Of a stretch of DNA of 64,000 nucleotides, positions 1 to 13,813 are shown one piece after another. Origin of the DNA: Octopus vulgaris (taxonomy: Eukaryota); the NCBI GenBank assembly GCA_951406725.2, contig OX597816.1, positions 120,466,001 to 120,530,000 on the forward strand, in the 5' to 3' direction. The position numbers and the translations under genes are program-made. Numbering within the stretch: the stretch's first letter is position 1; each line of letters starts with the position of its first letter. The notes under the pieces are model-generated. The model saw only the letters and a list, made by a program, of their open reading frames with translations. It made no database searches and was not told the origin of the DNA.

Positions 1-1160
1 AACAATAAAATGTTTCAGAAGTGTTAGAGAAATGATTTATTTAATCAAAGTATGATCGATGTTCATTTACGACGTTTACCCAACGTTTCTCTATGTCATA
101 TATTCCATCTTTAAAAAAAAAATCATCTTTTGCCGTGATAAACTGTCCGAATGCTTCAATTACCTCTTCTCTATTTAAGAATGTCTTATTGCTTATAAAA
201 AGCTTAAAATGCTTAAATAAGTGATGATCAATAGGGGGAATATCTGGGGAATAGGGAGCCTCTTGCAAAATCTCATAATTCAGGCTTTACAACTTTTGGA
301 CCATAGCTTGAGAAGTGTGAGGACGTGCATTGTCGTGGAGCAAAAATGGGCCATCTCTTTTCACTAGTCTGGGTTGCTTCCTTTTCAAATTCTCATGTAT
401 TCAATCAATTTCCTAGCAATACGATATTACTGTTACCGTTTTTTCTTGTTGCACAAATGAATAATGAATAACTCCCTTCGCAGACCACCATACAGTGGCC
501 ACTAACTTTTTAGGGTGCGATGGTTGGTTGGGTAGTGTTTAGGTGACTCTTCTGCATCTAATCACTGTCCTGTTATTCTGCTGTTGTCAAAGAGTATTAA
601 TTTCTCATCACAAGTAATGATTTGATACAAAAATTGTCTTTTTCCAGCCGAGAAAGCAATAAGGCGTCTGTTTTTTTAAAATCTCGTTCAGTTGATGTGG
701 AACAAACCTAACCGTTTTCTTGACTTTTCCAATTTTTTACAGGTGTCCAAAAACAGTTGTACAAGATGTTTGGGGCTCTGATAAAAGTTTACGAACCTTT
801 GTTCTCGGATTTTGTTCAACCAAAGCATTTAACCTATCATGCTGAATAACTAATTTTGGCCTACCCCTTGGTTTACTTTCTCCTGAATGAGAGCTTTAGA
901 ACCATCTCTGAATAGTCAATAAAACAATTATCAAAGGCCCGCTTGATATTCCATTGAGGTTTTGCGGCAGAATGACCCAGTTTGTACTCATACGAGAAAA
1001 TTACTCAACAAAGTTTGGCTGTTATCGTTTTCATAAAGACTGTGGGTACGAATTTTGTATACCAATATTGTTGGGGAGAAAAAAAGAGTCAAGATTAAAT
1101 GCAAGGTATACATAATTGAGTTTTTAAATGACTGAAATAACAAGTAATTAAAAATGCGAC
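1..1160 (-). mobile_element. Degenerate mariner (DD34D) DNA transposon, left end runs off the window
   Basis: ORF 41..268 encodes a mariner C-terminus (PYSPDIPPIDHHLF...KRWVNVV...YFD). Upstream minus-strand frames give HDNARPH and ITCDE-like motifs with stops and frameshifts. TIR-like end TAAGGTTGTTTCACATGAAATG at ~1140-1160 abuts (TA)n. Confidence 0.85.
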
Positions 1161-1754
1161 ATTTCATGTGAAACAACCTTATATATATATATATATGTGT
1201 ATGTGTATATGCGTGTGTGTGTGTGTGTGTATTTATACCTACGTATGGGTATGCGTATACATATATGTGTACGTATCTCTGCTGTTTGAAAACACCGAGT
1301 GTATAAGTATGTGTTGCCTCTCTGTGTGTGTTTGTATGTGTGTGTGTAGGAAGGCCAGTCAGCACTCAACCTTAACCCTTGTACGTTTTAGGGCGTGGAT
1401 GCCATAAATTTCCTTCAACCCAGACAAACACAATTAGCAATGCTAACTTTCTGTCTAGCCTCTCATATTCCTAACTATTCTTTTTTACTTTTGCAACTTG
1501 CGTCCTTTTATACGCCCCGCCTTTGCTTTATCTCATCCCTCTTAATCCTTTAAATTTATTTGTTTTTCCTTCAGGATTCGGGTCACTCTATCTCGAAGAC
1601 CCACTCTTAGTCGAACCGGCTTGACTTCACAGCCACCTATCTATACTGAGTTATGTTTCCTTAATCATGTTTTTATATACTTTTAATTACTTGTGTTACC
1701 CTTTCTTTTTCCGTTTTTTCTTTCTCCCTTTCTATCATAGTTTGAACTAAGATT

Positions 1755-1853
<99 letters not shown>

Positions 1854-2261
1854 AGAAAATTGATTCCACACATTGGATTTCAACATATCTGACGGTTTGG
1901 TTGATGATCGATTTAATATGTAATAATTATTAATCATGGATTACCAACTAATAAAACGACCGTAACGAATTATTTACAATACCAACTATTTGTATTCTGC
2001 TTATTCTTTTAAACTCTGTCTCCCTCACTCTCCCTCTGTCATATATGTATCCATGTATGTATCTGTGTATGTATGTGTTTGTGTATGTATATGCGCATGT
2101 GTACATGTGTGTGTATGTTAGTGTGTATGTTAGTGTGTATGTATGTGTGATCTAAGAATCCATGAGTATTGACAGAAGAAATACTGTTAAGCATTTTGTC
2201 CGATTAACAAACGATTCTGCCAGATCGCCGCTTCAGTTACATTATTAATATTAATCGTTGA

Positions 2262-2650
2262 CAAATCGGGCAAAATGCTTAGCGGCATTTCATCCGTCTT
2301 TACTTTCTGAGTTTAAATTCCGCTGAAGTGGACTTTGACTTTCTTCCTTTCGAGAGTCGATAAAATAAGTACCAGTCAAGCACTGTAATTGATCAGCCCT
2401 AGAAACTGTTGGCCTTGTGTCAAAATTTGAAACCAATATTAATTCAAGGAATAAGGCAACAGCTGGCAGAATCGTTACCACGCCGGTGGCATGTCCACTT
2501 TTATATTCTGAGTTCAAATTCCGCCAAAGATGTCTTTGCCTTTCATTCTTTCTGGGTCGATAAAATAAGTACCAATCAAGCACTGGGTTTGAAGTAATCG
2601 ACTTATCACCTCTGGAATTGCTGATCTTGTGCTAACTTTTGAAATCTATA
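2262..2650 (+). mobile_element. Two tandem tRNA-derived SINE copies (family 1)
   Basis: Both carry the family core TTCTGAGTTYAAATTCCGC...CTTTGMCTTT..TCYTT...GTCGATAAAATAAGTACCA, which recurs more than 15 times in this window. Confidence 0.8.
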
Positions 2651-2906
2651 TTAATTCAATGAATGTTACTAATAATATATGGGTAAAGTTTTAAAATATG
2701 TGTTTTTAAAAAAGACGCTTTGTTCTTATACTTTTCTTTATTATTCCAGTTATTGTATATTTCATTATTTCTACTATAGAAATCACTTGAAATCTGTGAA
2801 GTAAAGTGGGGCTCCACACTCCTAAATACATATGAGCCAACATCGCAGTCTTAATGCCGCGATTAGAGAGCCCATTGTCCACATTCTAATCTGAAACCAC
2901 CACAGT

Positions 2907-2940
<34 letters not shown>

Positions 2941-3419
2941 ACCACCACCAACCATACTACCATCCTCATCCCTTCCATCACTCACAACAACAACGTCTAA
3001 ACTTAAGTAATACTTTGTTCTATGCAAGATGGTGGACAGCTTATTGCTTCAATGTAGACCAATTTAAAGACAATTGTATTTTGTGATTTTAAATTTCTCG
3101 AGGGTCGTCCACAGATGTCGTTCTCTTGGGAATATTTTTTTCTTTTATAGCATTGTCATGAAATAGGCAGCTGTCTTGTATCTTGTAAGTCTCAGTCGTG
3201 TATTTCAATCTATATTCTATACCATCAGATATCACTATTTTTCTCAAAGCTCATCAATATCGTTATGTATCTCCAGATGGATTAATTATGTACTACCTTG
3301 ATATTCTGTGAATTTTCTATTACGTAGCATTTTTTGGTATTTTTATTGACAGCATCAACCAAATATTTCTGTTGTTTGATGAATCTCTTCTGTACAGCAA
3401 CTATCTTTTTGGCATGTCT

Positions 3420-3613
<194 letters not shown>

Positions 3614-3652
3614 ATCATATATATATGTATATCACACACACACACACATATA

Positions 3653-3690
<38 letters not shown>

Positions 3691-3699
3691 CACATATAA

Positions 3700-4860
3700 G
3701 TAGTTAACGTCTGTCTCTTGCACATGCGCACTGGTTAGATACATTTCAACGTAGTTCGATTCGAATTTGCGACGACACTGGTTGTATTCTGTGTGCTTTG
3801 GATCACCCTGAAAATGAAGAATCTTGACGAAAATTATCGACGCCACATGCTATTTTTTTATTCTTAAAAAGGCAAGAAAGCAGCGGAAACCTGCAGGAAG
3901 ATATGTGGTGTGTATGGTGAGGATGTTGTTACGGAATGTGTGTGCCAGAAGTGTGTTTGAGATTTCACTTGGGAAATTTATCGCACTACAACCTGGCCGG
4001 CTGACTGGTATTAACAGCAACACCAGCCCCCGTTATACAACCAAAATGAACGTAGATATTCCCCAAATGTCCAAATCTAGTGTTGAAAACCAACTCGTTT
4101 ATGTCAGCAGGTTCGATGCTTGGGTCCCTCAATTATGAAGCTAACCCTGCTTAACGGATTTCTATCTGCGATTTGTTGCAGAAACGCTAAGAAAACGGCC
4201 CTTTTTTTATTTTGACGAGAGTGGTGACAGAAGACGAAATATAGATCGTCTATAACAATGTGAAGGGTAAACAATGATGGAAGAAGCGCAACAAGCTACA
4301 ACAAATATTCTCCAAAGCAGGACTTCACCCGAAGAAAACTATGCTTTCAATTTGATGGGTTTGGAAAGGTGTTGTACTATACGAACTTTTTCCCACGGAC
4401 AGGACCATCAATTCGGATATGTAATATGTACTCTGGCCAGCTGGACAAATTAAACGCAGCGATCCACCAGGAACGTGCAGTACTTATTAATCTTTCGTCC
4501 CGACAGCGTCAGATTGCACACTTCTTTGCAGAAGCGGCAAAAGTTGTTGAGACTTGTCCGGGATGTTTTGCTGTGTCCTCCATATTTACCTCACCTTGCG
4601 GCTTCAGATTTCCACCTGTTTCAGTCTCTTCAAATTTCATTGAAAAGACAGACTTTCGCATTTGACGGGAATGTAAAAATTCATCTGGAAAAGTTTATCG
4701 CCCGTAAAGACAGGAAATTGTTTGAGTAGGAGACAAAGGATCTATCTACAAGATCACCGAAGACACTGGAATGAAATAAAAATTATCTCAATGTTTGAAT
4801 AAATCGCAATGTTTGAATATTTTTGCTTAAAAATGAATGGAATTTTTGGTCATACAATAT
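3700..4860 (+). mobile_element. Degenerate mariner transposon
   Basis: Fragmented frames give WVPQL, VTEDE..IVYNNVK, GLHPKKTML..W..KGV.YYE and PPYLPHLAASDFHLFQSLQ. TIR-like end AATGGAATTTTTGGTCATACAATA at ~4837-4860. Confidence 0.8.
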
Positions 4861-5094
4861 ACATATGTGATGGCGTGCGTGACTTTTTGTGAGTGTATGT
4901 ATATGCGCGCGCGCGTGACGGACTCAAAGATCTTCGACAGGGCAACACATTATTGCAATAAGCTGTTTTGCTAATAAATATTTGGAGGATCCCCCAAAAC
5001 ACCATCAAACAAAGAAAGTTTGAAACAAAAAAAAAACCATCTGAGTTGATCCTCTATTCAACTGAAAGGAAAAGGTGACTCCTGAACATTGTTG

Positions 5095-5325
5095 TCCCGA
5101 GTCTTAGAATTGATAAGGTTGGTTATCTGGTTTCCTGGTGTAAAATTCACCGAGGACACGGCGTTTTCCCTGAACGGGATGCCAGCCTTTTGTCGGGTTA
5201 CTCAGTTATAGCTGTGTGAACTTGAGTAACATGAAATGAAGTGAATTGCTCAAGAAGATATCGCACCGAGTAGTTCGGGAACCGACACCGCGATCTTGCA
5301 ATCACCAGGTCACGCCCGTTCACAT
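5095..5325 (-). mobile_element. tRNA-derived SINE (family 3), degenerate
   Basis: Reverse complement of the family seen at 10908-11135 (TTGAGCAA..CACTTCATTTCA..TT.CTC.AGT.CAC.CAGCT core). Confidence 0.6.
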
Positions 5326-5547
5326 GTTTAATCTAGGTTTCTTCACTAATATAGCACGGAACTTTCTGACATGAACTGAAAATAGCCTATAAAAGATACA
5401 AACAGGATGCTAGAACAAGAGCAATCACGGGGGAAAACGAGAAGAGGGTGTATGCAAGAAGAGCCAGGGTGGAAATAAAACGGAAGAAGAAAATAAATTA
5501 GAAACAATTAGAGTTATATCCCCTTAGACCGTAAAACCATAGTATAT

Positions 5548-5810
5548 TTAGCTGTAGAATGAATCAACGGAGAGGGGTCCAACGATTGTGATGCAGCTGC
5601 TCAATTCGAAGAAGGTGGTGTCCTGAAGAGATTTGTCCATGTGCTTGCATTTACAGAAAATTTCTGATCTGAATCTCAGTAGTGCGGAGAAATTCTTAGA
5701 ACTAAAGAAGATATGCGACGTTTCAGCTACGCATAAGTTGCATTTCTTACATCCATTAACATATGGCATAGATTTTTCTACGATTTCCACTTGACTGTAT
5801 GTGGCGTAGA
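5548..5810 (-). mobile_element. Penelope-like element fragment, GIY-YIG C-terminal region (Naiad-like)
   Basis: EIVEKSMPYVNGCKKCNLCVAETSHI...LLRFRSEIFCKCKH matches the PY..CxLCxxE...LNxRSE..C.H tail typical of invertebrate PLE endonucleases. The clade call is from recollection of the motif. Confidence 0.7.
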
Positions 5811-5835
5811 ATTGGTCTTCAGTGGAGAGCGCCAT

Positions 5836-5952
5836 CATCATCAGGCAAGATTTCAAGCAGGTGAGATTTCTTACATCGATTTAGAAAACTCCAACATCTG
5901 ACGTCAAGATCGATGTAGGAAATCTCATCTGTTTGAAATATTGCCTGATGAT
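5836..5952. repeat. Fold-back hairpin adjoining the PLE fragment
   Basis: TCATCAGGCAAGATTTCAAGCAGGTGAGATTTCTTACATCGAT pairs with ATCGATGTAGGAAATCTCATCTGTTTGAAATATTGCCTGATGA. Confidence 0.9.
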
Positions 5953-6564
5953 TGTGTATATTCTGTTATGAGGTAATCTATGAATACATTGTTAGAATTA
6001 TACCGAAACAACAATCGTAAATTTTAAACGACATTTGTGTTTGATATATATATATACACACATACATGCATACACCCACCCTCTTTTTCGTCTTAAACTG
6101 AGCGTCAATCTGATACATTCACTCTGTACGTCTATTGATTTTTATTGTTTTTGTTTTTATGTTTGTTTTATTTTTGAGTTGCCAATGTATATACGTACAG
6201 TTGCATACACACACACTCAAACACACACTCACACACACACACACACACACGCGCGCGCACGCGCACATATCCCTGGTTGGTTGCAAACTGCAGCATGTTT
6301 TAATCTATTGACCTCGTCAAGTTAGAGACTAAATAGTTATGTGGTGAGTCTGTGAAAGATTTGGGAGAAAATACTAAATGCAAAGAGCGATGGAAGTTAG
6401 GGCCACGAGTTTCATTAATATGGTGTTTTCTATCCGTATGTTTCAATTAAAAAGGATTGTATTTGAAAGAATTATATTTGTAGAAATGGGAACGTACTGA
6501 TAAAAGAAGAGATAGAGAGAAAGAGAAAGAGAGAGAGAGAGAGTGAGAGAGAGAAAGAGAGAGT

Positions 6565-6621
<57 letters not shown>

Positions 6622-7011
6622 TTGAGAAAGACGAATAGGACGAAAGCAAAACGTATCCGAGACAGAAAGCAGAAGATCATTACTTTAGGCAAGGGATTTA
6701 GCCATAAATTTTGTTTGAAAAAGTATGTAGGTGGATCTATAATGAGATAAAAAGGTAAGCAAGAAAAGAGAAAGAATGTGGGTGTCCGAATAGTATAAAA
6801 TTGTGAATATGAAATAGAAAAGTGAATAGAATGAAGAGATCTGATTAGTCGTAATGCATGAAAGTGCCATCTAGACATTAGGAACTCATTGTTGCAATAA
6901 GTATATTAAGGAATGGCTGTTGATTAGGTAGATGCATAGCAGAGCAATAGCGAGTTTATTATTAGAAAATATTTGCAATAAGTTATAAGAGAGTACAACT
7001 ATCATGTTCTC

Positions 7012-7350
7012 GAGGTGTGGTTGTGTGGTAAGAATCTTGCTTCCCAATGACATGGTTCCCGGGTTCAGTCTCACTGTGTGACACCTTCTACTATAGCTTC
7101 GCGCCGACTAAAGCCTTGTGAGTTGATTTGGTAGACGGAAACTGTGTGTGTCTGTGTTTGTCTCCCCACTACCGCTTGACAACCGGTGTTGGTATGTTTA
7201 TGTCCCTGTAACTTAGTAGTTCGGCAAGAGATATCGATAGAATAAATGCCTGGCTTTAAAAAGTACTGGAGTTATTCATTTGATTAAAAATTTTCCAAGG
7301 CGGTGCTCCAGCATGGCTGCAGTCTAATAACTGAAACAAGTTAAAGACAA
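7012..7350 (+). mobile_element. tRNA-derived SINE (family 2), internally deleted
   Basis: A/B-box head (GTGTGGTAAG...GGTTCAGTC) and tail GGCGGTGCTCCAGCATGG...CTGAAACAAG, matching copies at 15470 and 61158. Confidence 0.85.
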
Positions 7351-8184
7351 AATATACAATAATTTTGACTAAATATTGACAATATTTAACTAAATAATTT
7401 GCTTTGAGAGAGAGAGAGAGAGAGAAAGAAAAAAGAGAGCTAGTGGATATATATACAGAGAGAGAGAGAGAGACGGGGAAGAAAAAAGAGAGAGAGTAAG
7501 AAAGAAAGAAAGAAAGAAAGAAGAGGTTAAGGATACGGTATGTTTAATTCTGTACTTTTTCTTTCAAACAAATTTCATTTGAAAAATATAAGTGGAAATG
7601 TAGGATAGAAAACTGGCGAGAAAGAAGGAGCGAAATATTTTATTGTTGCTATGCTATGTGCTTATAAAGTTAACAACCTTTTCCTAATATACTTAAGAGT
7701 TTCTAATATATCATGAATTTCTGATGTTTACACATTTCCAAAGCCTGAACATTTTTCGTATTATGCATTTGTTTTTCACTCATACGACTAATTTTTCCTC
7801 AGATATTTTCACTCAGATATTTTCACTCAGACTAATTTTCACTCAGATATTTTCTTTTATTCACTTTCTTCACTACATTTTATTCCCAGCTATATACTAC
7901 TCATACTCCGTTTTCTTCCTTCTCTCCATCTTCCCAACGCAGTATGCATTTCTTCAAATAAAATCCGTTAGGAAAATCTATATAGCTAAAATCCTTGCCT
8001 AGAGTAACACTCTTTTCTCCTCACTACGTTTTCCCTTCGTCTCTCTCTACTTCCTATTGTTTGCGCTGTTTTCATTGCATTCTTTCTGTCTCTCCTTATT
8101 CTTTCTTCCTTCTTTTATTACTACCTCTCCTTTCTCTATATGAATATGCACATACATGAATACACACACACACACAAACACATG

Positions 8185-8218
<34 letters not shown>

Positions 8219-8292
8219 CACACACACAAACACAGCACACATGCACACAAACACATGTATGGATGTATGTATTTCATTATTCATTTTTATTT

Positions 8293-10185
8293 CAAGATTT
8301 CTTGCTAATAGTGAAAGAGCCGGTTTCTAACCTAAATCCGAGGCTCTTTCACTGGAATTTCAACAATACGAATAGGTTATTTTTTTTATTTATGTATGTA
8401 TATGTGCAGATTTGTGCGTTTTCTTTATGTATGTATTTTCATGCATATAGCTGTATCTCTAAACATGCTCATATATACTTAAATGATAAACTTCTGGAAA
8501 GTTTTACAGATTTTTACAGTTCCTGTGATGGTTTGGATCTTAGTCTTCGAATCAGCTTTCTCATTTCTGATTTTGAGGAGCCTAATTTCTCAAGATAGGT
8601 ATTTAGGCAATGTGTTACATACCCCAGTGTCCCAATAATTACTGGTATAAACCTGAACTTGTAATCTGAATAGAGTAGCTGTAGATTCCTCAATAGTTAA
8701 GAGTAGGTATTTTCTTTTTCACTGATATTTAGCTTTATGTTGACATCCACTGGGCAGCTGATTTCCACACATGTACACAGTTTCTTTTCTCTATCCCAAA
8801 TTACTACGTCAGGTATTTTTGTGCTTACATTTTATTGAGGTTTTCACTGGGACATTCCACCAGTACTCCTTTTTGTTATGACTGCTATGGCTTCCACTAT
8901 TCTATAGGTTCTTATTTCTTTGGCCTCGGGGTTATCCCCCCGACGGATCTCATTATACAGTGTCCTAGCTACAACATCATGTCTCAACAGTAGGTAATGT
9001 CATGATATTTACAGACATCTGTTATCAGCCTCATGAATGATAACAGTTGTCAATTGATGCTATTCGACACTTGGTTAAGAGATGTTTCTGAAGGGATATG
9101 ACACGGCATTCAAAGGCAGTCTGGATTGATGTTAAGCCTCTTCCTCCCTGTTTTCGTTTTAGGTAGAGGCGGTTTACGTCACTGCTGATGTGGAAATTAT
9201 GTGTACTGTTTAGCATCTTCAGGGTTTTCATATCAATGGCTCGGATCTCATCAAACGTCCAATTAAGTAGCCTAAATGTTGGCATGAATATAGGCATTGC
9301 AAGCACATTGTGGGACACAATCTTATTGAATGCAGAGAGTTTCGAGGTCCATATTTTCTTTACTCGGCTGTAATATTCTTTAGTGACACTCGTGTTCTTA
9401 TGTCTTCATCCACTCCAAGGTACCTGTAATATTTCTCGTCAGATACAGGCAAAACAGTTAAGTCATTGATGGAGATGTCTGTTTTACAGTTTTTCCTCTT
9501 TTCACAAAGATATAGCGACATTTATCCTGACCAAATTCCTACCCTATATCCTTTCAGAATGTTGTAACCCGGTTAAGGTTCATTTTTTTTTCTCACGCAT
9601 ATTCTTTGCATACAGTTTCAACTCACCCACAAAAGAATAGTGTATATTTGGTATTTCTGTTTCATTGTGAACCAATGAGATATCCTTCAGACTTCCTTAA
9701 CATGAATGATAATGAGTTTACAGAAAGTATAAACAACAACACAGAAAGGCTGTCCCCTTAGAACACATGACCTAAATACCTATCTTGAGAAATTAGGCTT
9801 CTCAAAATCAGAAAGGAGAAAGCTGATTCGAAGACTTAGAAAGGCTGTGATACTGTATTCTATCAGTGATAATACAATCACTCCTTGTATTTAAGTTCAA
9901 GATGATGACCCACGATGAAATCAGGTCAGCTATGGCTTTGAATAAGCTCACTGGAACTTTAGCGAGTCGAAGGGCTTCTAGCATCCATGAGTGGAGGACT
10001 GTGTCAAAGGATTTCTTGTAGCCCAGCTACATTGAAATGAGGTTCCTCCTATGGTCCCGCACCTCTGACATTATAGTTTTGTTCATTAGCAGTTGCTCGG
10101 CACATCCCCAGACTCCAAGTTGATTCTTTTTCACATTCGTTTGATGGGACAAGTAGAGTGAAACATGCTGCAGTTTGTCAACAAT
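8293..10185 (-). mobile_element. R4/Dong-type RLE LINE, degenerate and 5'-truncated
   Basis: Minus-strand frames: GC.EQLLMNK, GYKKSFDTV.HSW, GV(F)xGDSLS, RLYLKRKQGGRGL, RHDVVA, WWNVP, PDVVIWD, GTVKICKTF. Confidence 0.85.
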
Positions 10186-10439
10186 CATTAAAATAAATAA
10201 ATAAATATTAATTTACAATTTTGGCACATGGCCAGCAAGTTAGGGGAAGCGGGTAAGTCGATTACATCCAGTGTTCAACTGGCACTTATTTGATCGACCC
10301 TGAAAGGATGACATGTAAATAGTTAATGAACAAATAATCTCGGCGATATTATGTCGTGAGCTCCTTATTTGACAGTGGCTAATTGTGATATTATAGCTCT
10401 TCGAAAGCAAACACACACACATACGTGCGCGCACGCACG

Positions 10440-10488
<49 letters not shown>

Positions 10489-10907
10489 ACACACACACAG
10501 GTATTTACATGTGAATATTTGGACATATACGAGTAAGTGAGGAAATATTTATAGAGGAGCAATGCATAGACTGTTTTAGATAAACCTCGCATTTATTGGG
10601 AAAAGGGCATGGTTAGATGAAATCGGTATATTTAATTTTAATTCCTACACAGCAGGTATTTACATGAAAACATTTGTGAGCAGGCCTAGAAAGAAAAGAA
10701 GGGCCAAACTCATTAAGATGAGTCTTATTCGAGGATTTACTTAGAAGTACATCCAGTAAATTCTGAGTAGTCATTGTAATAGTGGCAAGAGAAGACACAA
10801 GACAGGCTCAGCTTGTTAGAAAAGGAGGTGGAATTGGTGGTTTTAAATTATTGGTTAATGAATATCTGTTGGATGGCTTTAGTTTCGGTACCGTCCACGT
10901 TGTGAGT

Positions 10908-11135
10908 GGATGCGCGTGGCTTAGTGGTTAGGGTATTAAACTCATGATCGTAAGATTGTGGTTTCGATTCCTGGAACGAGTGACGCGTTGTGCTCTTGAG
11001 CAAAGCACCTCACTTCACGTTACTCCAGTCTACTCAGCTGGCAAAAGGGAATAACCCTGTGACGAAACAACTTCCCGTCCAGGTGGGAAATATATACGCC
11101 ACGGAAACTGGGAAACTGGCTCTGTAAGTCTATGT
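10908..11135 (+). mobile_element. tRNA-derived SINE (family 3)
   Basis: A box TGGCTTAGTGG, B box GTTTCGATTCC, then CORE-like TTGAGCAAAGCAC...CTCCAGTCTACTCAGCTG and tail CCCGTCCAGG...GAAACTGGGAAAC. Confidence 0.8.
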
Positions 11136-11172
11136 GAATCGGGAGGATCTTTATCTCCCACATTGTATGTGC

Positions 11173-11204
<32 letters not shown>

Positions 11205-11220
11205 ATTCATTACCGTTTAA

Positions 11221-11443
11221 CCCTATCGTTATCATATTTATGTTGAAATACACATCCTTTCTATGAATTAATTTTGAAAAGAATGACGTATTTAGTTAAA
11301 ATTGCTTTATTTCCTTTAAGCCAGTGTTTAGAACAAAACATCTGCATGGAAATTTGATGGGAGGCTCTATTTCAGATCACTTCAAAACGGGAAGTTTGTA
11401 TTCTAGAACCGAGGTGATCTCAAGCGGTTTTGTATTAAAAGGG
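11221..11443. mobile_element. piggyBac-like MITE
   Basis: TTAA|CCCT...AGGG|TTAA: TTAA duplication at 11217-11220 and 11444-11447 with imperfect short TIRs. No coding capacity. Confidence 0.7.
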
Positions 11444-12058
11444 TTAAGTTAGATTTAATACACTCGAACAGAACATATTTGTATTCTGGCGAGATTTAAG
11501 AACCACTCAAAATGAAAGTAATTTCTATAATTTTCACTCTTTTACTAGTTACTCTTATTTGATTACAACCTTGCAGAGACATCATCTTCAATAGTTTTTA
11601 TGGAGTACACCATTCTAGTACATTGGTACATATTTTATTGATCACGTAATAAGTAACTAAAGGTACATTAACTTTGACATAAAGAATCATTATCCCCCCA
11701 GCCCCCAAAAAACTAAATACAAAATATTTCACTTCGCCACACAAATTTTGCTCTACCCCTCGCCCCAACAATGCACATCCTCGCACACACTTACACACAC
11801 ACAGACATGCAAGCGCACACTCATTAGTGCACGCTTCGGACCAAGGTTAAAACACACTCGTCTAAGACGTTGCGCTCCAATATCGGACTCAGATGCCCCC
11901 TGATTAACTTCGCAACCATACAGTCATTCTTGTGCAAATGTAATTGGAAAGCAATTTTCGCTGTGTTAAAAACATCTGACTGTCAAGAAAATTCATCCGA
12001 TAATTTTAAACAATGTAAAATGTTAAGCTCACAAGTTATTCTCAACGGAAATGATATA

Positions 12059-13337
12059 CGAGGGGCGTTCAATAAGTAACACCCCTGACCCACTTCCCAT
12101 AGCAATAGAGCAACGAAACTTGGCACAGTTATTAGTCTTTTTCTACATAGGAACCACCCAGAGTTACGCATTTCTCCCATCGTTTGATGCGGCTCTGGAG
12201 ACCGTTTTTGTAGAAGAACCCAGCTTGGTCCTCCAACCTCAACGTGACTTCAGAAATCAAGGCTGCATCATCTGGGAAACGCTTTTCCTTCCCATGATTG
12301 GAAAGAGGTGAAAATCAGAGGGTGCAAGGTCAGGAAAGTGGGGGGGATGGGGAGGAGTTCATAGCCATACGCCTGTGCTTCTGATCTGGCGACAAGCGAG
12401 TTGTGGACCGGAGCGTTGTCCTGCAGGAGGAGGATGCCTTTGCTGATCTTGCCCTGCCTCTTCATTTTGATAACTTCTCTTAATTTTCTTCAAAAGTGAA
12501 GCATAATAGGCTCCTGCAATTGTGGTACCCTTTGCCAGGAAATCTGTCATCACTACTCCGTCCTGGTCCCAGAAGACTCTGAGCATGACCTTGCCAGCGG
12601 AGGGCTGCACCCTTGCCTTCTTTGGAGGGGGTGAGTCACGGTGCTTCCACTGCATTGACTGGGCTTTGGTCTCTGGATCATCGTGATGGACCCAGGTTTC
12701 ATCCTGTGTAATCAGTCTTTTGAAAAATGTTGACTCATCTTCTTGGCACATCTCCAAATTCATCCTCGAGCACTCGACGCGTTCTTGCTTCTGGAAAGGC
12801 GTGAGCAACCTGGGAATCCATCTGGCAGACACCTTTTGCATATGCAAATGGTCATGAATGATAGTTTCCACAGACCCGGTACTAATCTTGACCTCATGGG
12901 CTATTTGGCGAATAGTTATGCGTCGATCTTCCAAAATGGCAGCCTCAACTTGACGGACAGATGCCTCATCAATGGCAGAAGGGGCGACCAGATCTGGGAG
13001 CTGTTTCCACAGAGTTCCGACCATGTTTGAATTCACGATGCCAGCGTTTTACAAGGTCATATGATGGGGCATCATCACCATAAGTTACTTTCATTTCATC
13101 AAAAGTCTCCCGTGGTGTGCGTCCTTTCAAATACAAAAACCGGATCACTGCTCGACACTCAACAGGCTCCATTTCACACTTGACTCGGTTCAAACACCTG
13201 TAAATCAGAAACCACAATTAATTCAGAGCTGTAATTTGCCACTTACTCTATAGAGATATAAATGATTGCACATGCAATTTCAGCTAGATCAAACAACTGC
13301 AAGTGGGTCAGAGGCATTACTTGTTGAACGTCCCTCG
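12059..13337 (-). mobile_element. Full-length mariner element (irritans-like) with a disrupted transposase
   Basis: TA-flanked 37-bp TIRs (CGAGGGGCGTTCAATAAGTAAC.../...TTACTTGTTGAACGTCCCTCG, 5 mismatches). Transposase motifs WIPRLL, ITQDETWVHH, SAGKVM, QDNAPVH, PDLAPSDF. Confidence 0.95.
12132..13172 (-). pseudogene. Mariner transposase pseudogene
   Basis: MEPVECRAVIRFLYLKG start at 13172 to YVEKD* at 12132, split over at least three frames plus a small deletion after PSDFHLFP. Confidence 0.9.
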
Positions 13338-13509
13338 TATTTTTTTTCATATACAGAGTCAACAATTTGTTATTGAACTGAATGAGGTTATTAACTTTCC
13401 ATTTCAGGTGGGGTTTTTTTTTTCTGATTCCTGTTCATGGAAATAAACAAAGAGGTTAATATGTTGTAGTTGTATTTGTTGTTGTTGTTTTTGCTGTTGT
13501 TTTGGTGGT

Positions 13510-13798
13510 ACTCCGTCAGTTACGATGACGGGGGTTCCGTTTAATCCGATCAACGGAACAGCCCGTTCGTGAAATTAACATGCAACCGGCTGAGCACTTC
13601 ACAGACACTCTTCTCCTTAATATAGTTCTCAGGGTGATTCAGCGTGACACAGAATGTGACTAGGCTGGCCCTTTGAATAACAGGTACTGCTCATTTTTGC
13701 CAGCTGAGTGGACTGGAACAATGTGAAATAGTGTGTTGTTCAAGGACACAATGCATCACCGGTTTTCGAACTCACCTTAACCACTAAGCCATGCGCGT
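13510..13798 (-). mobile_element. tRNA-derived SINE (family-3-type head with a different tail)
   Basis: Reverse complement of CGCGCATGGCTTAGTGGTTAAGG...GTTCGAA and TTCCAGTCCACTCAGCTGGCAAAAATGAG. Confidence 0.75.
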
Positions 13799-13813
13799 TT
13801 ACAGCCCTGAACA

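Noticed and set aside
12132-13172. Intact mariner transposase masked by homopolymer sequencing errors
   Set aside because: It also has a multi-base deletion, a decayed YSPD motif and five TIR mismatches, so the decay is genuine.
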